Assembly: GCA_030390025.1 (NCBI GenBank)
Contig: CM059433.1
Coordinates: 28,708,001 to 28,772,000, forward strand
Length of the DNA: 64,000 nt
Origin: Squalus acanthias
Taxonomy: Eukaryota
Direction of reading: 5' to 3'
Position numbers and translations under genes: made by a program. This document shows, in pieces, positions 25,344 to 36,571 of this stretch; the first letter of the stretch is position 1, and each line of letters begins with the position of its first letter. The notes under the pieces are model-generated. The model saw only the letters and a program-made list of their open reading frames with translations. It searched no databases and was not told where the DNA came from.

Positions 25344-26189
25344 GAGGGCGATTTTCCCAGCCCTGGGGAGGCGGGTTTGGAGGCGGGACTGCCGGGAAAA
25401 TGGCAGAATCTGGGGGCGGGTGCCCATCCCGCCCCCAACCCGCCTCCGTGCCATCTTCCCAGGAGGCGGGTACCCAACCCACGCCGGGTCCCGTCTCCTG
25501 GAGGCGGGAAGGGGATTACAGCCACTTAACTGCCCGTTAACAGGTAGTTAACAGGCAGTTAAGAAGATTATCCCCATTTTTCCAACAGAGGTGCGGGCTT
25601 CCCGACATCAGGAAACCCCGCCAGGGTCAGCGAGGCGAGCAGTGGGTCTGCGGGGGTGAGAGGGGTCCAAAAGTGCGCTGTGGAGGTGAGTGATGGGTGC
25701 AAGTGTGGAGAGGTAAGTATGTGAGGTAAGTGAAAAGTGTTAGAAAAAGTTTACTTACCTTTGTTTCTTCCTGCAGGCTTCAACCCTCGGGGATCCGGAG
25801 GCTCCGGCATCTCCACGGCAGAGATGACAGAATGGCTGCTGCATTCTCCGATGCAACAGCCATCTGCTTTCTGCTCAGAAAATAGGTTTGGTGAGCCTTG
25901 AGTACAAGAACTCACCAAACAACAGAGAATGTCAGTGTTTGACAGCTTCTCAAAACTATCAAACGATGACAATTCATCTGTCAAAAATTTTTGACAGATG
26001 AAACGTCATACGCTGACGTTCTCTGTCACTGACTTTCCCTTAATTGGCCTGCTAAGCCCGCTGGGCGGGCTTAACAAGGTCAATCAAGGGAAAATAGTGT
26101 GGGTTGGCCACAAGTTGATGGAGGCGGGACTAAAACCTGACAAGCAGCAGTCCCGCCTCCAACGCGCCCCCATTGGCAAAATCACCCCC
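25344..26189. mobile_element. Harbinger-type MITE (same family as 56732-57532)
   Basis: Termini gagggcgattttcc / ggcaaaatcaccccc, TSD TTT. The ends resemble those of 5049-9305 (ggaggcggg subterminal motifs). Confidence 0.85.
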
Positions 26190-27477
26190 TTTGCTCCCTT
26201 TCTAATAATGCTGTTATTAATCCGGCTTGAGGTTTTTTCTGTTTTTCCTAATGTTACTTAAATGTCACTCATTTCTATTTGTTCTGCAATCTCTATTTTC
26301 AATTATCATTTTAATGTATTTCCTTTTTCTCCTTAAGTTGTTTTTATGCAGATGGTTTAAGTTGTCTATGTTCTTTGGCTGCATGTAGTGACACCGCTAT
26401 TCCCAGCCAGAATGGAGATGATTGGGTAATTCCCCCCGTCAATCACGCCTGGAGACCGCATTGCTGTAAGTAACTGGGATTGATGTTACGCACATAATTT
26501 GTATTGTGCAACTATCCTTCACTCACTGCATTTTGCTGGAGAAATCACCCTGCTTTTATTGAGATACATTGCTGTAGTTTTGGTCATGAGTTCTGTTTGC
26601 TGTAGTTCGTAGAGTTTGTTTAAATAGACTCTGTAGACTGTTTGCTGTAGTGCGCTGTTTAAACAGACTCTGCTGAGTAAATAGACTTTGTTTGCTGAGT
26701 AAATGGACTGTTTGCTGTGAGTCCTGCCGTAAGTCCCTCCACACCTCCAACTCATCGGCTGACACAGTGGTGTCGGTAGACACTCAGATATTTTTTAATG
26801 TCAGTTATATGTACGGTTTAATTATTTCCACTCACTTTTGGTACATTCAAGCCACATATCACCTGCGACTGAGAAGGCACCTAGAAGATGAGCTCCTTCC
26901 ATCCACCAATGCCTTGCTGAACCATCTGTCAGAGATCATGCCAGAATATGCTGGTCGCAACACTGCTACTGACCATACTCCCTGTGAACGATGCCCGGTG
27001 GGATCTAGATCTTAGCAGAGCAAAAAAAGGGGGTGGGGGGGGGGAAAGACGACCTTTGCCCCTACATTCTGCACTGTTACTGTGCTAGTCATTGTACGCA
27101 CTCATTTTGCACCTCCATCCCTTCCCTTATCTCACCACTTGATTTTTAATGCAAAGGATGGTAAGGGATATGGAACCAAGGCGGGTAAATTGAGTTGAGG
27201 TGCAGATTAGCCATGATCTAATTGAATGGTGGAACAGGCTCGAGGGCCTGAATGGCCTCCTCCTGTTCCTATAATTGTGTCCCAACCTGACCATGGGTGA
27301 TGTTGATGGGAGCAGTCTATATTCCCGCACAATTTAGGTGCAAAGATGATTTCATGTAGAACACTTCATTCATTCATTTACTTTCTTAAATAATTTGATT
27401 TCTTTCTTTAACATTGCAAAGTAAAGTCAGGACAAATATGGAACTGCAGGACAATCTGTTCCATTCATTTTACTTAC

Positions 27478-27560
27478 CTCTCCACTTGACTTGCATAGCT
27501 ATTATCATAGGTGTCATAGCTTTGATCGTCATATTCTCCTCCATAGCCATCATCATATCC
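27478..27560 (-). CDS. KHDRBS2: Internal coding exon (83 bp, phase 0 to phase 2) of KH domain-containing RNA-binding signal transduction-associated protein 2 (SLM-1), tyrosine-rich C-terminal region
   Basis: On the minus strand: ctctccAG|GGATATGATGATGGC...GTGGAGAG|GTAAGT, translating to GYDDGYGGEYDDQSYDTYDNSYASQVE(S). This matches the recalled human KHDRBS2 segment GYDDGYGGEYDDQTYETYDNSYATQTQS better than KHDRBS3 (GYDDGYGTAYDEQSY). Confidence 0.92.
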
Positions 27561-27859
27561 CTGGAGAGATAGCAATACACAAACTGATCAAATTGTATCC
27601 ATCAATATACTAATTTCTTTTCTAACCCTCTTTAAATGTGGAAAATGCATTGACAGAATGATAAACATAGCAGGACTTCACCATAGTCTTTTAGGTGAGA
27701 ACAAAATGCATTAAAACACAACAGCATGACTATACGAAGGCTGAAGATTGGCTGTGGTGTAAGGTTTGGTGAGTGAATACCCAGCTGTGTTGGTGCCACA
27801 ATGATTACTATTCAGTACCTTAAAAATAATTTTAAACAAAAGAAAGGAAGACAGACAGA

Positions 27860-28300
27860 GCTTGCATTTATATAGCGCCTTTCATGACCTCAGGACGTCC
27901 CAAAGTGCTTTACAGACAATGAAGTACTTTTGAAGTGTAGTCACTGTTGTAATGTAAGAAATACGGCTGCCAATTTGCACACAGCAAACAGCAATGTGAT
28001 AATGACCAGATAATCTGTTTTAGTGATGTTGGTTGAGGGATAAATATTGGCCAGGACACTGGGGAGAACTCCCCTGCTCTTCTTTGAAATAGTGCCACAG
28101 GATCATTTACATCCACCTGAGAGGGCAGAAGGGGCCTCGGTTTAACGTCTCATCCGAAAGACGGCACCTCCGACAGTGCTGCACTCCCTCAGTACTGCAC
28201 TGGAGTGCCAGCCTAGATTAAGTGCTCAACTCTCTGGAGTGGGACTTGAATCACTAGCTTCTGACTCAGAGGCAAGGGTGCTACCAACTGAGCCATGGCC
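27860..28300 (-). mobile_element. Full-length tRNA-derived Deu-domain SINE (SacSINE1-like)
   Basis: Minus head has an A box (TGGCTCAGTTGG) and a B box (GATTCAAGTCC). Deu core gtctttcggatgagacgttaaaccgagg; tail aaaggcgctatataaatgcaag. Partial copies lie at ~16805, 18790, 19530, 23640, 34580, 41045, 51985 and 55080. Confidence 0.85.
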
Positions 28301-30026
28301 AAGTTACAAAAAAAAATTCACTTTTCAGGTAATCTTTTTTCCCCTCCCATTTTTCTTAAGGTTGTGCATGACACTTCTTCTTATGGTGCCCTTTTGATGG
28401 CCAAGCTGATAGCAAAACATAACTAGATTGGGGAACGGTGTGAATTAGAAAAGTGTGCTCTTGATAGCAAGAAGTTACTCACTTTATCTGACGCTTTATC
28501 ATTTCTTTCACCAACAAATTATCCCTTACAGATCCAGGAAGGGATATTTCTTCACAGCGACCATTTAAATTACCTACAAATCAAACTACTATCCCTGGGT
28601 AAGCTTCTCTGCCTGCCAAATTTTCCCTCCTACACACACACTCACATGTCTCTTAAAGGTCAGTTGATGTTACCTACTTTGCATTTGTGGCTGACAGTCA
28701 CAGTAATATCATTAAGCTTAGTTCATGTATCAAGTGTAGTTGAAACCTTTCACAACAACAAAAAAAAACTTTATAGAATTGAGATGCCGTTGGTAAGGGT
28801 GAATTTTACCAAGTCTCACTCTGGGCGTAGAATTTTGCCCGCTGACACCGTATATCATTAAACTCGGGCAGTGTTCAGCAGGCCATGTGGCATATTCCAC
28901 CCAACTGCTAAGACATTTTATCCATCATTTCCAAGTCCTGCACTCAGAGTGCAAATTTACTTCTCTCTCCTCTTTTAAGATGCTCCTTAAAACCAACCTC
29001 TTTGACCAAGCTTTGGGTCACCTGCCCTAATATCTCCTTACATGGTTCGGTGTCAAATTTTGTCTGATAACGCTCCTGTGAAGCGGCTGGGGATGTTTTC
29101 ACTACGTTAAAGGCGCTATATAAATGCAAGTTGTTGTTGTGATATTTACTCTTATCATTTCATAACTATTTGCTGATTGGCTGTGAAAGCAAATTTTGAG
29201 AGTAATTTTAATGGATTTGGCTGGTAGCAGTTAACACTTTTTGACACATCAGAATGCTCTTCTCAGATCCCTTCTTTTTCCCTAATCATCCCAGACCTAA
29301 ACGGCAAAAAACGAAATTTGCGGTCACAGCCACAATTGTTTCGATATTGGTAAATAAACGAATATATAGGAACCCATGGGGCGACTAGCTTAAACATAAC
29401 AAAGCTACTCCTGTGACATCAACAACAACTTGTATTTATATAGCGCCTTTAACGTCGTAAAATGTCCCAAGGCGCTTCAAATGAGTATTATAAAACAAAA
29501 AAATTGACACTGAGCCACATAAGGAGAAATTAGGGCAGATGACCAAAAGCTTGGTCAGAGGGGTAGGTGTTAAGGAGGAACGAGAGGCGAAGAGGATTAG
29601 GGAGGGAATTCCAAACAAAACGTCTATGACGTTGATTCTCAGACTAGTAAACTCTGAATTGACTGCAGGAATTGCTATTGGAGCGACTGACAACTCTAAA
29701 TCAAAACAGAAGAGTTCACCTTCCAATGGTTTTTAAAGCAGCAATATCTTCAAATCAAAATTGATGTTCCTTCCAAGTTTTTTTTTAAGGTTACTGATAT
29801 TTGCTGGGTTGCATTGAATTAAAAGCGAAAGAATACAGATTTATGATTCATTTTTCATTAGCGCAAATTTCATCAAACCACATTGCGCTGATGTGGACAG
29901 ATTTTAGAACCAAACATTTTCAATGTTAAACCTTTATCTTCTGTAGAAATGTTCAAGGACTTTTGACTGCTCTAAGCGCCAAAGTATTGAAGACCTTTCA
30001 ATTCATTCATTGCAGAGTGAGCACTG

Positions 30027-30256
30027 ATACAAAAGCAAAATACTGTGGATGCTGGAAATCTGAAATAAAACCAGAAAATGCTGGCAATACTCAGCACGTC
30101 TGGTAGTATCGGTGGAGAGAGAAACAGAGTTAACGTTTCAGGTCGATGACCTTTCGCCAGTTCTGACGAAGGGTCATCGACCTGAAACGTTAACTCTGTT
30201 TCTTTCTCCACAGATACTGCCTGACCTGCTGAGTATTGCCAGCATTCTCTGGTTTT
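30027..30256. mobile_element. Penelope-like fold-back insertion, family A
   Basis: Inverted arms of ~95 bp; ~18-bp TSD attgcagagtgagcactg / attgcagaatgagctctg (2 mismatches). Confidence 0.8.
30159..30195 (+). ncRNA. Minimal type I hammerhead ribozyme motif
   Basis: AGTT-CUGACGA-A-GGGUC(AUC)GACCU-GAAA-CG-UU-AACU: stem I AGUU/AACU, stem II, conserved core boxes and a palindromic ACGU helix III. Confidence 0.65.
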
Positions 30257-32030
30257 ATTGCAGAATGAGCTCTGTTCTGTTCTGGTGCACGAGGAGAACA
30301 TAATCAAACATTATGATCCAGTTGATGTAGCTGAAAATTGTACACTAGGATTACTTTGCTACTACAACTATACCAACTATACGTCATGTGACTTGTACCT
30401 TACATTAGCTGCTAGATATTTAGGTGCACTGTATTTACTGTAATTTCAGCCTTCTGATATATTTTTCCATAAAGACCATGCCATTGTAATTTTTATTTAT
30501 ATAGAATGTACAGCACAGAAACAGGCCATTCGGCCCAACTGGTCTATGCCGGTGTTTATGCTCCACAGGAGCCTCCTCCCACCCTACTTCATCTCACCCT
30601 ATCTGCATAACCTTCTATTCCTTTCTCCCTCATGTGCTTATCTAGCTTCCCCTTTAGTGCATCGATGTTTTTCACCTCCAGTTCCACATTGTAACCACTC
30701 TCTGGGTCAAGAAATTTCTCTTGAATTTTCTCTTGAATTTATTTGCGAGATCTTATATTTAGGGGCCCTAGTTTTGGTCTCTCCCAAAAGTGGAAACTTT
30801 GGCCGAAAAATTCCCTACCTCATCACCACCCCGCACCGCAATCCTGGCAAAAAACGGTGGCTGCTACTCTAACGCCGGACTTGGTAGCCGCCATTTTGGT
30901 GAGGGCCTTAGCACTGCCTATAGCAGCGCTGGCCCTGGACGTGCAAATGGAGAGAGCGTGACGTCAGTCGGCGAACTCTGACCATAGCGCTGAGTTTAAC
31001 GCTGGGTCCTAAGCTCGCTCTGAAAAGCGAGCGTGCAGCAGATTGACAGAGATGCTGTTAGCACTTCTTAAAGGGACACACACAACTTCCGGGTAAGTTT
31101 ACATTTAAGCTTTTGGACTGGATATAAAAAAAATTATTGAAGTAGTGGCTTGGCGCAATACACGTTAAAAGTTTTTTAAGTGTGCAGGGAGCGCTGCTGG
31201 ATGCTTGCAAGGCCTTGGATGGTAAAGGAAGGCCTTTGAGAAGACAGAAAATGCTGGAAATACTCAGCATCTGTGGAGAGAGAAACAGAGTTCACGTCTC
31301 AAGTTGGGATGCTGCCTGATCTGCTGAGTATTTCCAGCATTTTATGCTGTCATTTCAGATTTACAGCATCCGCTCACCAAGGGAAGAGGAAGACGCAGAA
31401 GAGGAGGACCGCAGAAGAAAAGGAAGCAGAAGAGGAGGAAGCAGAAGGAAGATGCAACCCAGGCAGCTCCTTTCTGATTGGCATATCCAGGATGGAATCA
31501 TCCACCTGAGGTACCAGCGACCACAACCCCAATTCCCCTTTCAATATTTGTCCCACACCTTACCTTCCCTCTGTTACTGACCATCACAGCGTCCTCTTGG
31601 CCACAAAGCTGAAATAAAAGCCACCACAAAGCAAACTTTCCAATCCAACTTTATACATCAATCCATCCAATATGACATCAAGAAATCAACTCATCACCCT
31701 TATGCATTCTCTTCGTGACTGTCTTGTGTGTGCCTTTGCCTATCCTACTGATGTCATGCAGTGCTACCCCAGTGGCTGCAGCATGGCTGGTGGAAGGCTG
31801 CTGACTTTCAGTGGGGGACACTGCAAATGGCATTGCTGGCCGACCTTGAGTGTGAAATTGAGTGACGGTGTTTCTTCTTCTTCTTCTTCTTCTTCACTCT
31901 TCTCTCCCTCTTCTTGGTCAACCACTGGCTGGGCAGGCTGCATTTCTTGGGTGTGTGAACTGAGGAAGGCACAAGGGTGGAGTTGTGGTGAGGGGAGGGC
32001 AGGAAAGATGCTGGGAAAGATGAAGGGCTG

Positions 32031-32480
32031 GGATGAGAGGGCTGTCCTATGATGAGAGATTGTGTAGAATGGGCCTATACTCTCTAGAGTTCAGAAGAAT
32101 CAGAGGTGATCTCATTGAAACATTCAAGATTCTGAAGGGGATTGACAGGGTAGATGCTGAGAGGTTGTTTCCCCTGGCTGGAGTGTCTAGAACTAGGGGG
32201 CATAGTCTCAGGATAAGAGGTAGGCCATTTAAGACCGAGATGAGGAGGAATTTCTTCACTCAGAGGGTTGTGAATCTTTGGAATTCTCTGCCCAAGAGGG
32301 CTGTGAATGCTGAGTCTTTGAGTATATTCATGGCTGAGATAGATAGATTTTTGGACTCTAGGGGAATCAAGGGATATGGAGATTGGGCGGGAAAGTGGAG
32401 TTGAGGTCGATGATCAGCCATGATCTTATTGAATGGCAGAGCAGGCTCGAGGGGCCGTATGGCCTACTCCTGTTCTTATG
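32031..32480 (+). mobile_element. CR1 3' fragment nested in the Harbinger relic
   Basis: ORF 32033-32404 (GLYSLEFRRIRGDLIETFKI...RVVNLWNSLP) followed by the CR1 tail. Confidence 0.9.
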
Positions 32481-32637
32481 AAAGCAAGAGGTGCATGCGA
32501 GAAGGAGGATAACGTATGAGGATACCAGCATCTTGTATCCTTTCTGCCCCGCCGCTGGCCAAGGGCTCAGCCATGCCCCTGCCAGGAATGGCCAGCACCA
32601 TCTCCTCCAAGGGGGTGAGGTGAAGCTAGGAATGGGA

Positions 32638-33145
32638 GAACATAAGAACATAAGAAATAGGAGCAGGAATAGGCCACTTGGCCCCTCGAGCCTGCTCCGC
32701 CATTCAATAAGATCATGGCTGGTCTAAGGCTCAAAGTCACTTCCCAGCCTGCTCCCCATAACCCTTCACTCCCTTATCTTTCAAAAATTTGTCTATCTCC
32801 ACTTTAAATGTATTTAATGACCCAGCCTCCACAGCTCTCTGGGGCAGAGAATTGCACAAATTTACGACCCTCTGAGAGAAGAAGTTCCTCCTCATTTCAG
32901 TTCTAAAAGGGCGACTCTTTATTCTGAGACTGTGCCCCTGAGTTCTAGATTTCCTCATGAGGGGAAACATCCTCTCTGCATCTACCCTGTCGAGCCCCCT
33001 CAGTATCTTATATGTTTCGATAAGATCACCTCGCATTCTTCTAAATTCCAATGAGTATAGGTCCAGCCTGCTCAACCTTTCCTCATAAGTCAAACCCCTC
33101 ATCTCTGGAATTAACCTAGTGAATCGTCTCTGAACTGCCTCCAGG
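32638..33145 (-). mobile_element. CR1 3' fragment nested in the Harbinger relic
   Basis: ORF 32737-33102 encodes the CR1 C-terminus; tail (aacataag)n at 32639. Confidence 0.9.
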
Positions 33146-35762
33146 AGGTGTGCCTCGTGATTGGTACAGATTGTTGGTAGGTGAGTGATTGAAGGGCGGG
33201 GGGGGCGGAGTCGTGCATTGAGAAGTGTGTGAGGCTAGTGGTGCAGTTGGCAGGGACGGCTTTTGAAGATGCATTCACTGACCTTGACCAGTGGTCTGAG
33301 GTCATGAAGCTTCTTTGGGCACTGGAGCCAGGTTGTGGGGGTGACACTGCTGGCAGTGACAGCCTCGGTGATCTGGTCCAACATTGTTCTTTCTGGAGGG
33401 TCTCCTGGCCCCTGTGGGTAGAGGACTTCTCTTGCAGTGTTGACTCCCTGCAAAAAGCTGGAGTGTTACATGCGAGACCCTGGGTGCCTCTTCCCTGGCT
33501 TGCTGGGCCATTTGTGTTAGTGCTGAAGCACTGTTAGCCTTTTTTTAGTGCGGAAGGCAATTCAGCTTTAAGTGCTGAAGACTCCCATTTGGAAATTCTT
33601 TTTAATGTTAATTTTCTTTCTGAAGACAGTTGGCTAAAAACTGTCTATTTTTACATGATTTTAATTTTTTTAATTTCAGAAGGCAGTTCCCCTTTAAGAG
33701 GTTGAACTGCTTTCTGAAATGACAGCCTAGCTTTAAGAGCAGGCTGTTCTTGCTGCAATGATGCTATGGCCACGCTACACTGGGGCCTCCTGATGGGACT
33801 AATGCCACCAGAACAGTAGGTTCAGTGCTGGGCTAATGTTAATTAGCCACCAGCGCCAATTTACTGGTCCTGCCAGCGCCACCATTTTCGGCGGCCGTTA
33901 ACGCAGTGGCACTGGCAGGTTTTACCGATATCGAATCGCTAGGCCATCTTCTCTGCGTCTACCCTACTGAACCTCTTCATGATTTTAAAGACCTCTATGA
34001 GGTCACCTCTCAGTCTTCTCTTTTCTGGAGAACAGAGCCCCAGCCTGATTCGTCATTCCTTCTTGAGGTCAATGGAATTGAAAATCGGGAGAAATGTATA
34101 ACAGGCAGCTGAATTGATATCGACCCTTTTACACTATGGCCCGAAGTTAAAATGGCCCCTCTTAGTCTGGAAGGCCTAGGTTCATATAATAGAAAGATAT
34201 TTGCCAATATTGCACAACTTGTTACACAATGGTGGAGAATCTAAAACAATGTGCTACAATAGAAACATTCTAATCAACAATGTATCAGCAAATGTGGGAG
34301 CATTTCACCACGCGGACTGCAGCGCTTCAAGAAGAAGGCCCATCACTGCCTTCTCAAGTTCAACTAGGGATGGGCAATAAATGCTGGCCTTGCCAGCGAC
34401 GCCAGCATCCCAAGACTGAACTTTTTAAACTGCAAATATAAGGTAGAGTTTTGTTTAGATTACAGAATTCACCTTCTGAGCTTCAATGAGCCGACATTGA
34501 AAGCAGATCACTCCACCAGTCCAAGAGACTTACGGTAGATTGTTGAAATTTTCAGAGCCTGCAAGGGTTCTTGATCAATAAAACAGATGATTTGGTCATT
34601 ATCACGTTGCTGTTTGTGGGAGCTTGCTGTGCATGAATTGGCTGCCAAGTTTCCTACATTACAACAGTGACTACACTTCAGAAGTACTTCATTGGCTGTA
34701 AAGCACTTTGGTACGTCCTGAGGTCATGAAAGGCGCTATAGAAATGCAAGTCTTTATTTCTTTCTTTGATTCAACACTATTTTTTCTGGCGCTAATTTGA
34801 TTTAGTTGATTACTTTGACTTTCACCGCCCCCCCCTCAATAGACTGTAAAAAAATTATTGCATTAATAAAAATTGATGTCATTTAAACAGCGTTGCAGCT
34901 GTAATTGTTTTTTTTTATATATATAAATCTGCTTCCACACAGCACATAAAACTATCGTGGCTACCGTTTATTTTTAAATTTCAATAAATTAATAAAACTC
35001 AGCCTAGTAACCTATACCAAACAGAATAGAGTATCAAGGAAAAACTGCAATAAATAATAACAAAATAAAAATGTTATAAGTTTGGCTTTTTCCAAAAATA
35101 TTTATTTTATTCCTTCTGAGAAATTTTAACTGACACAGCATATTCCGGCCAAACGTAATATATAGAATAGAATAGATCAACCGTTTCATTCTTTTAAATG
35201 TACTTGCTGAATATGTTACTTTTATAAGGGTTTTTTTTGTTTAACTCCCTTGGTGTTTGGCTACATTAGCAAAATATTTTTTTCCAAAAAGGAACACTGC
35301 AGCAATATTTTCCAGGGAATGCTGAAAATTCTCAGCCAATACAAATGAGGGCCTTCAGCTGTGGTGACATTCGCCAACGACTGGAGTCCCTGGGATTATA
35401 TTCATTCGCAGATAGTCTAATGTCCGTCAGGGTACTGAGTAAGAGTTTTGCAGTACATACTGAACCCAGAAAGGAGCATTTGTAGCAATACAAAATCTTT
35501 TTGCCATTGTTTTCCTTTGTATGTGAACTGTAACCCGCCACCCACCTGCCCCACCATTACTCTAAACTCACGGAGGGTAATTTTGACTTTGTGCGATGGT
35601 AATTTGAGGTGTTTAAGATGGTTAAAGGATTTGATAAAGGATATATTAGGCTTGGAGTGGGTGCAACGCAGATTCACCAGAATGATACCGGGGCTACAAG
35701 TGTTAAATTATGAGGATAGGTTGCATAGACTAGGCTTGTATTCCCTTGTGTTTAGAAGATTA

Positions 35763-35976
35763 TGATGCGGAGATGCCGGTGTTGGACTGGGGTGGACAAA
35801 AGTGAGAAGTCGCACAACACCAGGTTATAGTCCAACAGTTTTATTTGAAATCACAAGCTTTCGGAGCTGCTGCTCCTTCGTCAGGTGAAGTCCCTGACGA
35901 AGGAGCAGCAGCTCCGAAAGCTCGTGATTTCAAATAAAACTGTTGGACTATAACCTGGTGTTGTGCGACTTCTCAC
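35763..35976. mobile_element. Penelope-like fold-back insertion, family B, inside a CR1 fragment (35600-36220)
   Basis: Near-perfect ~85-bp inverted arms; exact 12-bp TSD TTTAGAAGATTA (35751-35762, 35977-35988). Confidence 0.85.
35851..35888 (-). ncRNA. Minimal type I hammerhead ribozyme motif
   Basis: Minus strand UCAC-CUGACGA-A-GGAGC(AGCA)GCUCC-GAAA-GC-UU-GUGA: stem I UCAC/GUGA, a 5-bp stem II and a palindromic AGCU helix III. A mirror core lies on the + strand at 35894-35927. Confidence 0.7.
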
Positions 35977-36571
35977 TTTAGAAGATTAAGGGGTGATCTA
36001 ATTGAGGTGTTTAAGATGATCAAAGAATTTGATAAGGTAGATAGAGAGAAACTATTTCCTCTGGTGGGGGAGTCCAGAACAAGGAGGCATAACCTTAAAA
36101 TCAGAGCTAGGCCGTTCAGAGGTGATGTCAGGAAGCACTTCACACAAAGGGTAGTGGGAATCTGGAACTCTCTCTGCCAAAAAGCTGGAGTTCAATTAAA
36201 AATTTCAAAACTGAGGTCACTAGTTTTTTCAGAATTCCAGAGTTTAAGGCCTAGGCAGCTGAAGGCATGACCACCAATGGGATGTGCAAGAGGCCAGAAT
36301 TGGAGGAGTGCAGAGATCTCGGAGGGTTGTAGGGCTGGAAGAGGTTATAGAGATAGGGAGGAGCGAGGCCATGGAGAGATTTGAACACAAGGATGAGAAT
36401 TTTAAAACTAAGGCATTGATGGACCGGGAGTCACAGGATGCTTTTTTGCAGTATAGGTGCTATTTAAATGTTTGTTATTGTTGTTTTTACATTAAGCTAT
36501 CTTTTCTCTATCAGATGCTATGAAGTTCACTCTTTCTTGCACCCAGCTGCAGTATCTTAATGAGGTGACTA

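Larger units (their letters stand above)
30801..33945 (-). mobile_element. Degraded Harbinger element (related to 10060-12210) with Myb gene remnants on the minus strand and the transposase almost entirely deleted
   Basis: Termini ggccgaaaaattcc and gaatcgctaggcc. It splits a CR1 (gtggaaac|...|atcttctctgcgtctaccc). 31763-31825 is the reverse complement of 12148-12210. Exon 2 and exon 1 remnants lie at ~32520-32640 and ~33280-33510. Confidence 0.75.

Noticed and set aside
26384..26766. Possible second solo LTR (tgtagtgac...gctgacaca, minus AATAAA, internal short repeats)
   Set aside because: No matching TSD found and the boundaries are ambiguous.
26692..27015. ORF ending ...RLRRHLEDELLPSTNALLNHLSEIMPEYAG... 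as a host exon
   Set aside because: It is on the opposite strand to KHDRBS2, has no recognisable homology and no convincing splice sites.
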